DNA of 63,898 nucleotides, filler included, from Octopus bimaculoides (taxonomy: Eukaryota), in assembly GCF_001194135.2 (NCBI RefSeq). It is 6 parts of 6 records of this genome, joined end to end, with 100 filler letters (N's around TTAATTAATTAA, not from the genome) between each part and the next. Parts side by side here need not be neighbours in the genome. Positions count along the whole stretch, not along the records: positions 1 to 25,203 come from NC_068988.1; positions 25,304 to 40,357 come from NC_068984.1; 4 more parts are not named here. One strand, written 5' to 3'. The position numbers were made by a program, and so were the translations under genes. Shown here in pieces: positions 24,838 through 37,910 of the stretch. The first letter of the stretch is position 1. Every line of letters begins with the position of its first letter. The notes beneath the pieces are model-generated. The model was not told where the DNA came from, did no database searches, and worked only from the letters and a program-made list of their open reading frames with translations.

Positions 24838-25203
24838 CATCATCATCGTTTAACGTCCACTTTCCATGCTAGCATGGGTTGGACGATTTGACTGAGGACT
24901 GGTGAAACCGAATGGCAACACCAGGCACCAATCTAAATTTGGCAGAGTTTCTACAGCTGGATGCCCTTCCTAATGCCAACCACTCAGAGAGTGTAGTAGG
25001 TGCTTTTACGTGTCACCCGCACGAAGGCCAGTCAGTTGATACTGGCAACGGCCACGCTCGAAATGGTGTCTTTTATGTGCCACCTGCACAAGAGCCAGTC
25101 CAGGGGCACTGGCAACGATCTCGCTCGAAAATCCTACGTAGGCCAGTCAGGCGGTACTGGCAACGGCCACGCTCAAAATGGTGCATCTTATGTGCCACCC
25201 GCA
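24838..25203 (-). mobile_element. Repeat family C (SINE or LINE 3' end) with internal tandem hairpin modules, cut by a gap
   Basis: Core TTAGGAAGGGCATCCAGCTGTAGAAAC, tail CCAACCCATGCTAGCATGGAAAGTGGACGTTAAACGATGATG. Other copies near 975-1075, 5862-6110, 6370-6545, 6760-6820, 7790-7980, 8420-8550, 9540-9680, 10700-10835 and 23560-23685. Confidence 0.8.
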
Positions 25204-25303
25204 NNNNNNNNNNNNNNNNNNNNNNNNNNNNNNNNNNNNNNNNNNNNTTAATTAATTAANNNNNNNNNNNNNNNNNNNNNNNNNNNNNNNNNNNNNNNNN
25301 NNN
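25204..25303. other. Artificial 100-bp assembly spacer N44-TTAATTAATTAA-N44
   Basis: Identical construct at 40358-40457, 52003-52102, 56396-56495 and 60907-61006. The 12-mer gives stops in all six frames. Confidence 0.95.
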
Positions 25304-25690
25304 AAAAAATGCTTTCTAATTGATGTATCAATACCAGCAGATGACAACGTTTCTCTAAAAGAAATGGAAAAACTTCCAAAATACAAAGACCTGGAAATAG
25401 AGATAACTCGAATGTGGAATCTAAAAACAGAAACAATTCCTATCATAGTAGGTGCCTTAGGTATAATAAAAAAATATTCAGACAAATACATAACAAAAAC
25501 ACCAGGACTTACAAATATATATAACATACAGAAAATTGCACTACTGGGTACTGCACACATTCTACGCAAAACATTTTCAATACAGTAAACATAAGAGCAC
25601 CACAGCAAACCACAGCACATACCCAAGGCGCACAGAGCTGCGCTCGGTAGTGAAGTGAAAGTACGTCATAAAAATAAAACTACTGAACAA
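25304..25690 (+). mobile_element. Dong/R4-clade LINE 3' end (restriction-like endonuclease domain + 3' UTR)
   Basis: FLIDVSIPADDNVSLKEMEKLPKYKDLEIEITRMW...IVGALG...QKIALLGTAHILRK carries the PD-(D/E)xK-type RLE tail. Ends in AATAATAA. The 3' UTR is nearly identical to 61548-61662. Confidence 0.85.
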
Positions 25691-26829
25691 TAATAAGAAG
25701 AAGAAATATAAGAAATAAAGAAATAGAAGAATGCCATAGTTATTATGTGAAATTGGTTGAACGATATTTCGGCATCTAGCGTACCTTCCATGGGTTCAAA
25801 AATTACATGTCAGTCTACTTCGGACGGTAAAAATTGATATCAGCAGGATTTGACCTCAGAATGTAAAGAGCCGGAACAAATAGAGCAATGCATTTTCTCC
25901 CGTTCTTAGGATTGTTTTACAGCCGAATGCCACAGGTGGCGTGGAAGATTACTGGCAATTACTTGGACTTCTGTACTTGAATGTTGTTTGTTTTGTTTAG
26001 CTCGAATGAAAGACAATACAGACTCCTGCATGAATTGAGTTTAGAATATAAAGATTACTAACATTAACCTCAAACTTATGATATCAGCTGACACACTAAA
26101 ACACATGGCTGATATATTTCTTTTGACTGGCCAGATATTACGGCGATAACAACTGAGACGAAGTAGGAGAGACAGGTAGGAAGGCAGGTATATTGTAGCA
26201 ACCTGGAAAGCTGTAATCTGGAGCATTGCAGTCAAGACCGATAACGAGGTCAAAGCCAATCACGTAGATATAATGAACAAAGACAGATATGACAATATAC
26301 ATGCACTCTGATTGACAGTTCGATCAACTTCGATTATAACGACCGCACGAAACCAGAGTGGAAATTATTAAAATACAATAGCAATAAGATGTGCGCCAAG
26401 AGATTATATAAACAGAAGCGATGTTATTTGGTGTATCTTTTATCTTTCATTTGCTTTTGTCATCGAACTGCGGCCATGCTGGGGCTCGACCTTGGATGAT
26501 TTAGTCGAATAGATCACTCGCACTACTTACCTTAATGGTCTTTGTGGCCTAAATGTCAACATCTGTTGTGAAGCGGCACAGAGGAAAAACGCACACACAC
26601 ACACGACGTGTTTCCTTCAGTTTCTCTCGGCCAGATGCCCTCACAAGGCATCCCATTATAGAAGGGTTCTTCTATTTTACAAAAAATGATGGAGTTAATT
26701 AAATATATGTAGTTTTTAATACGGAAGAGGTTTTTAAATGCTCTGAAAGAAAGAGGAGGGTTGATAATCGGAGCGACGGTGATTGAGAAGGAGAGAGAGA
26801 TAGAGGAATGTGGAAAGAAGGGAAAAAGT

Positions 26830-26832
<3 letters not shown>

Positions 26833-26887
<55 letters not shown>
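26833..26887. repeat. (AG)n microsatellite
   Basis: Directly visible. Confidence 0.97.
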
Positions 26888-26889
<2 letters not shown>

Positions 26890-28223
26890 AAGAGAATAGG
26901 GTTTTGTTATAGAAAACAAAACAAAGATGGAGTGTAAGATGAAAGAAAGAGAGAAACAGACGCAAACAGAGAAACTGAGAGAAAGAGAAAGAAAGAGAAG
27001 TGGAGAGAGTGGTAAGGTGGGGTGAGCGATGTGGGTCAGAGAGAAAAGAGAAAACGGAAATATAATTCCATCATGGATTTTCTTTCCCCGTAATTCTTTA
27101 TTTTAATCTCCTTTTTACAGATAGAACACACGGCTGACGAAATGAAGCAAAACAGACGATTTGAGTTATGGTTGTAGCCGTAACAGTCGTGTATTAATTT
27201 TTTAAATAAAATCCAAGCTTATTCGATTTTTATAATCTTTAAAAACCACTCTCATTTATTTCCATATTTTAAATATTTCATTAAAAATTACCAGCACAAA
27301 ATATTGACATTATGAGATAGAAATTCTTCTTCTTAAATTAGATCAAGGTCTTTTAATTCAAGTACATCACTGATGGTAAAAAAATGGAGAAGAAAATGGT
27401 TGCTTGATTCAAATGTAGCGTAACGATAGAACAGGTTATCATAGAAAAAAAAAACCTATCTAGATGTTGGTAATTTATGGACGGTTACTCTTCAATGGGT
27501 TAACCTTACGAATAGTACTCACCCAATTTTTTTAAAAAAGCATCCCTTTCTAAGGTTTGCATCCATAAAAAAAGGCGAACCAGAATGGAAACAAAGATAC
27601 GACTAAACAAGCCCGGAAATGCCAGGAAATACCCAATGTATATAAGCTACATACATACATACATACATACATACATACACATATACACACACACACACAA
27701 AGGTATAATGTTTGTAGAGTTGATACGATTGTAATATTGATACCCGGGACTTCGCTAACGATCAATCAGACTATATGACTTACATCGGGGAATACTTGAA
27801 GCATGCCAACTACATACAGAGCTTATTGATAAGTGGGAATAACTGTATTAACCAAATTAAATATTTAATCAACAGAAATAATTAAAGGAAATGATAGAGG
27901 GATGAACAGAAATATGCTCAATGTGAATGTTTCTGTCTTCAGAATATAGGGAGACCATATTGAAGAGTGTTCAGAGGTCCTTAATAACTCCTTCTCATTT
28001 TGGCAGAAGGTTAAGCATTTTAGACGACAGTGCAAGTTGCTTACATCGAGTTCAGTTCTTCACTGGTACATTATTTGATCGACCCCTGACCTTGAAAGTT
28101 TGAAATATAGGGTGACATCGAGTGATTTGAACTGAGGCTGTAAATAGCCTGACGATACTACGCTGAGCACTTAGTTCGACTGCATCTACTGGTATAACTT
28201 GTCGGATGGCTTTACCAAACACC

Positions 28224-28264
<41 letters not shown>

Positions 28265-29242
28265 TGCTCTAATGCTGTAGAATAGTGGTTCCCAAAGAGG
28301 GCGGTGGAAANNNNNNNNNNNNNNNNNNNNNNNNNNNNNNNNNNNNNNNNNNNNNNNNNNNNNNNNNNNNNNNNNNNNNNNNNNNNNNNNNNNNNNNNNN
28401 NNNNNNNNNNNNNNNNNNNNNNNNNNNNNNNNNNNNNNNNNNNNNNNNNNNNNNNNNNNNNNNNNNNNNNNNNNNNNNNNNNNNNNNNNNNNNNNNNNNN
28501 NNNNNNNNNNNNNNNNNNNNNNNNNNNNNNNNNNNNNNNNNNNNNNNNNNNNNNNNNNNNNNNNNNNNNNNNNNNNNNNNNNNNNNNNNNNNNNNNNNNN
28601 NNNNNNNNNNNNNNNNNNNNNNNNNNNNNNNNNNNNNNNNNNNNNNNNNNNNNNNNNNNNNNNNNNNNNNNNNNNNNNNNNNNNNNNNNNNNNNNNNNNN
28701 NNNNNNNNNNNNNNNNNNNNNNNNNNNNNNNNNNNNNNNNNNNNNNNNNNNNNNNNNNNNNNNNNNNNNNNNNNNNNNNNNNNNNNNNNNNNNNNNNNNN
28801 NNNNNNNNNNNNNNNNNNNNNNNNNNNNNNNNNNNNNNNNNNNNNNNNNNNNNNNNNNNNNNNNNNNNNNNNNNNNNNNNNNNNNNNNNNNNNNNNNNNN
28901 NNNNNNNNNNNNNNNNNNNNNNNNNNNNNNNNNNNNNNNNNNNNNNNNNNNNNNNNNNNNNNNNNNNNNNNNNNNNNNNNNNNNNNNNNNNNNNNNNNNN
29001 NNNNNNNNNNNNNNNNNNNNNNNNNNNNNNNNNNNNNNNNNNNNNNNNNNNNNNNNNNNNNNNNNNNNNNNNNNNNNNNNNNNNNNNNNNNNNNNNNNNN
29101 NNNNNNNNNNNNGCGTGTGTGTGTATAGTGTGTATAGTCATCAGGGCTATCCGAGATTATCCAACCCTGTTCTTAATGAAAAAATAATTCATATTAAAGA
29201 AACCTTTAATATTTCTGGGGATAAATTATATTTCATGAATTA

Positions 29243-29499
29243 TTGAGTTGGTGCATAATTATTGTGAGTTTTCTTTTTTTTCAACAAATTTTATTCAACA
29301 AAAACAATAACATTATTTAACAAAAAACATCTTTAAATAACGATCTGACCATCTGCCAAGCAAATGGGAAGCAGTAATTGAAGTAGATGGTGAATATGCT
29401 CCGGAATAATCATTTAAAGATGTTTTTGTTACATGTTCTTATTGTTTTTGTTGAATAAAATTTATTGAAAAAAGCCGCAATAATTATACACCCACTCAA
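29243..29499 (+). mobile_element. Mariner-derived MITE
   Basis: TA at 29241-42 and 29500-01. TIR TTGAGTTGGTGCATAATTATTG resembles Hsmar1-type ends. About 100-bp inverted arms surround the transposase C-terminal remnant LPSKWEAVIEVDGEYAPE*. Confidence 0.85.
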
Positions 29500-29922
29500 T
29501 AGTTTTCTCATTGCGTTTAAATCAGTTCGATTTGAAATATATCGATCTACATATAAAAACTAAGTATGAAAGGTACATTTCATAATTTTATAGTATAAAT
29601 GATATCCATCATTTGTACTCTAAAGCTATATATTTATGTCATCCTGTGTATCAAATAACGATACGGTATTAGGTCAGATTGAAAATTCTTTTATTTCTTT
29701 CGCCAATATAACTAAATATATTTGTTCTTTTATGCTTCAAATTATTTTTATTGTGAAAAGGAAACCGATTCTTCGGAATGTAAGCCGCTCATGGAGATAA
29801 TATGATTCTAAAGATTTGTGCAAACCGAAGTCCCAAGAGGAATCATATACACATCCCAATATTGAAATGACCAAAATCAATACATGTAGAGATGAAAAAG
29901 TTATGTTACTCTGGCAAATATC

Positions 29923-29967
<45 letters not shown>

Positions 29968-31270
29968 ACCCACACACGCACGCACGCACACACATTCAAA
30001 CGCGCATAGTCGCACACACATAGACACACGCACACGCGCGTATATTAATGTTTCATATGAAACTGACCGATTATTCCAAACGTTTTAGGAGAGTACATGT
30101 TTATTAAATTTCTAGAGGTTAAAGGTTGACAGTGACTTCGAATGTTCGGATTNNNNNNNNNNNNNNNNNNNNNNNNNNNNNNNNNNNNNNNNNNNNNNNN
30201 NNNNNNNNNNNNNNNNNNNNNNNNNNNNNNNNNNNNNNNNNNNNNNNNNNNNNNNNNNNNNNNNNNNNNNNNNNNNNNNNNNNNNNNNNNNNNNNNNNNN
30301 NNNNNNNNNNNNNNNNNNNNNNNNNNNNNNNNNNNNNNNNNNNNNNNNNNNNNNNNNNNNNNNNNNNNNNNNNNNNNNNNNNNNNNNNNNNNNNNNNNNN
30401 NNNNNNNNNNNNNNNNNNNNNNNNNNNNNNNNNNATATATATATATATATAAATATATAAAAAATATGTATGTATATATATATAATATGCGTCTATGTAG
30501 GAGGTAAGCAAATCCGAAAATCTAAAGTCCCTACCAACTTTTAGCCTCACTGACACCTTAAAAAAAACATAACAAAAATGTATATAAAGAGGTGAATTTG
30601 GAGGTAAAAAGAATTGCTAACAATATTAAAGTTAATCATAGGATAGAGTACCCCCCCCCCCACGCCAACCCTTTATTACCCTGAAAGATCACGAAGCTAA
30701 TTTCAATAGAAACCCTAAATGTAGACTAATTAACCCAGCTAAAACTGAAATAGGTATTATTAGAAAATATATTTTAAATCGTAATTTAAATAAGTTAAAT
30801 AGTATAAGGAGAAGCAAGTGGGGCAAGACGATAAGCAAAAATATTAGCGACATTTAATACAAAAAATGTACATATGTTTACATACAAAAAAGTCTGATTT
30901 ACACATAATGGTAATGATATAAGGAACTAAGGTGGTTGAGTAGGTGTTTTACGAGTCCAAGTGAAGTTTCTGGAGGCTTAGTGGTCCAAAATAATTGTGT
31001 TATATTTAATTATTGTGCAATTTCTTTATTCTAACATTTTAATGTATATACCTGACAGTTTTTAAAAAAATGTTTGCGTATATACGTTATGATGTATATA
31101 TTTACAGATTTGGAAAAATAGCAAGCCAGTGATAGATTAGTTGAAAGGAATTAGCCATAAACATAACTGCAAATTTACACAGTTTCATATTGTTGATTTT
31201 TACCCATCAATATCTAGGCTTTTGCTTCTAAAAGCATTAGACTTCGCTAAGCAGTATGTTTTCTCGTAAT

Positions 31271-31318
31271 GTCTCTGATAAAGGGATATATAAAATATCC
31301 CGGAAACAGCTGTAAGAC
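31271..31318 (+). ncRNA. Degenerate type-I hammerhead-like motif
   Basis: GTCT-CTGATAA-A-GGGATAT(ataaa)ATATCCC-G-GAAA-CAGCTG-TA-AGAC. All three stems can form, but the core has A in place of G8. Confidence 0.5.
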
Positions 31319-31916
31319 CTTCTCTTTATAAATGTTCTGAAATCTTTCACAGCCTTGGATTTTTTTATCTCATTCTGTTACTTTTTATATATATATACGT
31401 ATGCTAATATATGACCCACGTTGGACTCCTCATTCGCATAATCACCGAACCTGGAGCTTCACTATAGTTTGTCCATAGCACTTATTCAGCATTACCTGAC
31501 ACCTAGAATTATCTACAGCATAGATTAATACTAAAATGAGTTTATATCAAAGGTATTACAGAGGTAAAGCTGAATTAAATTTCTCATTAAAACCTGTCGT
31601 ATTATTAAAAGGGGAACGCTGGTGTTTTGAAATGAAACAATGCTCTGAAATTTACGCAGGATTGAGCTAGGGAAAATGATATAGGGATTACATGGAAGGT
31701 GTAAGATGTATTGGAATATAGAAACTCTACTGGATACGTTGGATAGTGTTTTATAGTGAAAATGATTGAATTTCACATGCATGCGCGCGCAGACACGCAC
31801 ACACATATAGTCAGAGAGGAAGATAAATATATTGCATGTTACTCTATGAATATATATGCAAAATTTTATTTGATATAATCTTCGTGTGTGACAGTGTGTT
31901 TCGATGTTCATATATA

Positions 31917-31952
<36 letters not shown>

Positions 31953-33226
31953 TGTATTATATACTTACTTGGAAATGGATGCGTCGCATTGAATTAAATA
32001 ATAGATAATATGTGATATATAAAACACACCCACACACACACATACATACATATATCTATATATCTATATATATCTATATATCTATATATATATATANNNN
32101 NNNNNNNNNNNNNNNNNNNNNNNNNNNNNNNNNNNNNNNNNNNNNNNNNNNNNNNNNNNNNNNNNNNNNNNNNNNNNNNNNNNNNNNNNNNNNNNNNNNN
32201 NNNNNNNNNNNNNNNNNNNNNNNNNNNNNNNNNNNNNNNNNNNNNNNNNNNNNNNNNNNNNNNNNNNNNNNNNNNNNNNNNNNNNNNNNNNNNNNNNNNN
32301 NNNNNNNNNNNNNNNNNNNNNNNNNNNNNNNNNNNNNNNNNNNNNNNNNNNNNNNNNNNNNNNNNNNNNNNNNNNNNNNNNNNNNNNNNNNNNNNNNNNN
32401 NNNNNNNNNNNNNNNNNNNNNNNNNNNNNNNNNNNNNNNNNNNNNNNNNNNNNNNNNNNNNNNNNNNNNNNNNNNNNNNNNNNNNNNNNNNNNNNNNNNN
32501 NNNNNNNNNNNNNNNNNNNNNNNNNNNNNNNNNNNNNNNNNNNNNNNNNNNNNNNNNNNNNNNNNNNNNNNNNNNNNNNNNNNNNNNNNNNNNNNNNNNN
32601 NNNNNNNNNNNNNNNNNNNNNNNNNNNNNNNNNNNNNNNNNNNNNNNNNNNNNNNNNNNNNNNNNNNNNNNNNNNNNNNNNNNNNNNNNNNNNNNNNNNN
32701 NNNNNNNNNNNNNNNNNNNNNNNNNNNNNNNNNNNNNNNNNNNNNNNNNNNNNNNNNNNNNNNNNNNNNNNNNNNNNNNNNNNNNNNNNNNNNNNNNNNN
32801 NNNNNNNNNNNNNNNNNNNNNNNNNNNNNNNNNNNNNNNNNNNNNNNNNNNNNNNNNNNNNNNNNNNNNNNNNNNNNNNNNNNNNNNNNNNNNNNNNNNN
32901 NNNNNNNNNNNNNNNNNNNNNNNNNNNNNNNNNNNNNNNNNNNNNNNNNNNNNNNNNNNNNNNNNNNNNNNNNNNNNNNNNNNNNNNNNNNNNNNNNNNN
33001 NNNNNNNNNNNNNNNNNNNNNNNNNNNNNNNNNNNNNNNNNNNNNNNNNNATATATATATATATATATATATATAATATTTTTATCATATATGCTATGTA
33101 TATATATATATATATATGTATGTTATTTATTATGTTATTTATATATGTATATATATATATACATACACCACACACACACACACAGATACACATACATGCA
33201 TACATGCATATATATGTGTGTTTCTG

Positions 33227-33258
<32 letters not shown>

Positions 33259-33633
33259 CGTTGGAGGTTTGTTTCCGACTAACAAATCCTCTCATAAGGC
33301 TTTGGTTGACTAGGGGTTATTGTAGAAGACACTAGTCCCAAGATGCTATGTAGTGGGACTGAAATTGGTACCCCTGTGGTTGAGAAGGAGTCATTCTACC
33401 GCATGGCTATGACTGCGACTCGTGCACTGTATTATTCAGTGTTAGGTGGAAGAAGGTTTTGAAATACAATATGAAATGCTCAATATTTCAAGTCGCTGTG
33501 GTGACGGTGGTGGCAATTTATAGGCTTAAGTGCTTATGAACATGATCGGAAAGTGTATCGAAACACGAAAGCTGTAAACTAGAAGCCAATAAATTAATGC
33601 AATATAAATCATTTCATTTTACATACACACACA

Positions 33634-33704
<71 letters not shown>

Positions 33705-34289
33705 ATGTATACGTAATGATACATGGATAGATCAAGTACATATACATATATATATTCTCACATACATGACGTATTATTTAAGTATATTTTCAATAATTAT
33801 TACGATAAAACACTATCCAATATCTCCAGCAGAGTGGAATATATTTCAATAACACCTTACATATTCCATGTAATCCCTTCTGTCCAAACCCAATAAATCT
33901 CTTTTCACCAGTTCAGTCCTCTATAGATTTCAGGACATTGTTTTATTTTAAAACACCATCACTTCTCTTTTAATAATACGACAGATTGTAATGAAAAACC
34001 ATATCCAGTTCTGCTTCTATAACACCTTTCTTACCATGTCAATTTAATATTTATACATGTTAGAGAATATTAGATAACTTTATGGGTGATGTTGCCCCGT
34101 CCTTGCCACTAATTCGTATTTCTGATTATTTCGGGGTTTAAATCTCTGATGCTGAAATTATGCGAAACTATTGTTCATTTCTCCACGTTCCGTAGAAATG
34201 TTTCAATCGTTGGATCCTGTATAATATATAGTATAAAAAGGCCCATGAATTGAAGACTCATGGCTGAGAAATCTGAGAAATCTACGCGG

Positions 34290-34430
34290 AGTAGGGATAT
34301 AACTTTTCTACTTGACCTTCTTCTGTCCGAGGTCCGAGTTGAACCTACATCACGACAAGAAATTCAAGAAGGGCAGCGATATCCATCAGACTCCCTCACC
34401 AAAAGCCAATCCCAAAAGATTAGGATGAAA
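34290..34430 (+). pseudogene. CR1-like LINE extreme 3' fragment
   Basis: LDLLLSEVRVEPTSRQE resembles the LD--L---PDEP C-terminal motif. Confidence 0.45.
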
Positions 34431-34579
34431 CGCATAAAAGAATAAGAGAAGAAAAGAATAACGTTAAAATGTCGAATTTGGACATAATAATCTTGGTTGC
34501 AAGTTGTTGCACGAGACTTTGGGAACTGCCTTCCATCATATATTTAGGTTGACTGTCCTGCCAACTTACTGTAGTGAAC

Positions 34580-34580
<1 letters not shown>

Positions 34581-34638
<58 letters not shown>

Positions 34639-34684
34639 CCTACCTACCTACCTACCTACCTACCTATCTATCTATCTATCTATC
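34581..34684. repeat. (ATCT)n/(ACCT)n tetranucleotide microsatellite
   Basis: Directly visible. Confidence 0.97.
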
Positions 34685-35748
34685 TTGGTTCCAAAATTAC
34701 ATTATTGAATGTGCTCTTCCTCTCTAATGGAAATAGTGTAGTAAAGAGAGATGTTTGCCTTTTATTTCTAGCAATTACGTTTACCTATTTAGTAAAGGTT
34801 TCCTACGATGTGATTTGTTCTCTACTAAGTGAAGGGGAGTTTAAACCTGTGTAATGATGATGATGTTGTTGATGACGAGGAAGAAGAAGAGATGAGGAGT
34901 GATGTGTGTGTGTATGTTTAAGTGTGTATTTATGTGTGCATATGTTTGTGTCTAAGAGAGGATGAGAGAGAGAGAAGCAGGATATGTCTGTTTGTGCGCG
35001 CGTGTGTGTGACTAAATCAGTTACAAGAGGAATAAACAACACCAATGTCTACAGAAAACTGGTCACCTGACATCTATAAAGAAGACAACGCAGAACGGTT
35101 GTTTGTTGGTTTGATATTCGATTTTTTCCAATAAATCACAGAGAAAGACGGCTCATTATGGTAATGTGTTTAAAATTTCAAGATATTCTTTGTTAGGTGA
35201 ATATCTTAGAAGTTAGAATATATTCTACTCTCCACTTTCTTTTATCACTGTTTTACCTTACAGCTTTCTGGTGCCTTTTTGTCCTCAGGCATTATTTGGC
35301 GTCACTCTATGGCTGCCGTGTAGGAGATAATGCAATGTAGATAATTTCGATCAGATCATTTGGCAAAAAGCCACACTCTTACTTTCATTATTTTCCTATT
35401 GAGCCCATCTTTCATAAGACGTGCATCTTCTCTACTTAATTTCGCTGGCTTTCTCTTTCTTTCTTCCTACTCTCTCTTTTTCTCCCTCTCTTTATCTTTC
35501 TTTTGTTTACTTTTCTCTCTTTCTTTTCTTCCCCTCTCTCGCTCTTTCAATTTGTTTGTTTTATCTTTATTTTCGTGGAATTTTTAACTTTTCTTCCTCC
35601 GGAAAACGTCGAATCATGAAACATTTTATACATTGAGATATTCTATAAGTAAGACTGAAACAAATTCGTTGTGTATACAAATGCATTTGTGTGCCAAGAT
35701 ATTTGTGAATGCCCTTGTTTGTGTATGTGCATGTCTATGTGTCTCTGT

Positions 35749-35791
<43 letters not shown>

Positions 35792-36149
35792 TTACTGAAA
35801 CCTTTCTTGTACAATGAGTTCAAACATGTTGTGCAGTTATTGTAGCTGTTTGCGGGCAGATAGGCTTCTTCTACCTTACCAATCAGCTGTAGTTAATTTC
35901 GCTTTTTCAAGGTTTTTATCAATAAGTGCTTGACGCTTGTTCGTTAGGGGAACATGTAAATGTATGTCCGTTATCCATGTAAATGCATGTGTTGTAATAA
36001 ATGAAGACATTTCGCAACTGCCCCTGCCACTTCCCCTCCCCAAGCTTTCAGTCATACTGTAGCATCTCTTATCCTTCACTCGCCCTAGGACGCTGGGTGT
36101 GTCCCGGCGAGTGATTGTAACAAACATGCGGATTAAAAGTAAATAATGA

Positions 36150-36493
<344 letters not shown>

Positions 36494-36559
36494 GGGAGGA
36501 AGAAGAAGAGGAAGGGGAGTAGGAAGTGGATTACAAAAATATTGTGTGGATATTATGAG

Positions 36560-36819
36560 CACAGTCTTTGAAGCAAGAGACCCGATATGACCATCCATGT
36601 CAAATATTTCAATGCTAAAAAATAAGAAAGAAATTGAGAAGATTGCAAAATATCCTGATCCAAGCAGAGAAATGAAGAAATTGTCGAAGACTAAAATTAC
36701 TGGCAGAAAAGTGATATCCTGCATTCAGCTATAATCTTGAGAAAGATGTTTTGACATTTGAGGAGAATTTTTGTTACTAAACCTGAAAATAACACCCCTC
36801 AACAGAATTAACATGTAAT

Positions 36820-36879
<60 letters not shown>

Positions 36880-37194
36880 TAATAGAAACATCTCGGCAAA
36901 GGAATTTGAAAAACTGTCGAGATACAAAGATCTTGGAAATGAGATATCTAGGATGTCGCAGTTAAAAACCAGAGCCATTCATGTTATTGTAGGTACCCTA
37001 GGAAGGATCAGTAAAGGTAGCGAAAATTGTTTTGACCAGATCCCTGTGAAACTAACAACCGATGAGACTAAAAAAAATTGTGTTGACATCGACATCCCAC
37101 ATTCTTAGGAGGGTTTTCTCCATCTAACATATACATGCCTTAGGTCAGTGGATGAAACACGGTCGGAAGACAAAATGAAATGCAAATCAATCGG

Positions 37195-37266
<72 letters not shown>

Positions 37267-37910
37267 TCAAATTACGATAAACGTAAACAAACAAACAAAG
37301 TTTTCTTTTAGAAGCGTTGAGATGTCTTAGAAAGTTAAAGAAGTGATTTTAAATTCTCAAACGCAGGAAAACGCTAATAATATAGCCTGAACAGGATAAG
37401 CTACCCCTATTTTGCAGAAAAAGGTGTGAATAATAATGATGAGGATAATTGACAACAAGATATGCGATAAGGAAGAAAGAAAAGTCGATAGATATGATAG
37501 GTTAGCTTTGGTGGGAGGTTGAGCAGTTGTGGTCAATGACAAAGGTGGCAGTAGTACCAATAATTGCCGGAGCCCCGTGAACAGTGAGTAAACACCTTGA
37601 GAAGTACATGGAACAAATAGAGTCTGCAATAAGGTGGAGCACTTGCAGAAAACAGCACTGCTTGGAACCGCTCCAATGCTCCGGAAGGTGCTCGGAAAAT
37701 AAGAGGGGTAACCTTAGTTCACTGGTAGTTAACTGCTGAAACTGTAGCACATCTCTAGCGTTAGAAGCTGTGCAAAGGCAATAATAATAATAATAATAAT
37801 ATGAAAAGAAGCCATACTTAGGCTCGGAATACTGCACACTACCCCCAGAATAACTCTGTTAGGAACAACCCAACGACCTGGAAAACACGCTGTCAATTCA
37901 ATAGATAGAT
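36560..37910 (+). mobile_element. Cluster of four 5'-truncated Dong/R4-like 3' fragments among (TAA)n tracts
   Basis: KEIEKIAKYPD (about 36560-36780), KEFEKLSRYKDLGNEISRM...IVGTLG (36880-37195), LQKTALLGTAPMLRKVL (37440-37780), ITLLGTTQR (37800-37910). Confidence 0.7.

Noticed and set aside
24990-25203. CRISPR-like repeat-spacer pattern
   Set aside because: Eukaryotic dispersed-repeat modules. Units are degenerate, spacers repeat and there are no cas genes.
27121-27177. Strong acceptor followed by IEHTADEMKQNRRFELWL*
   Set aside because: Only weak donors, no Cdc25 similarity, and it lies beyond an assembly spacer.
31302-31316. GGAAACAGCT similarity to the M13 reverse primer
   Set aside because: Diverges after 10 nt, no vector flanks, and better explained by the hammerhead-like family.
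34145-34176. CTGATGC...GCGAAAC hammerhead-like pattern
   Set aside because: Core A9 is missing and no convincing stems I or II.
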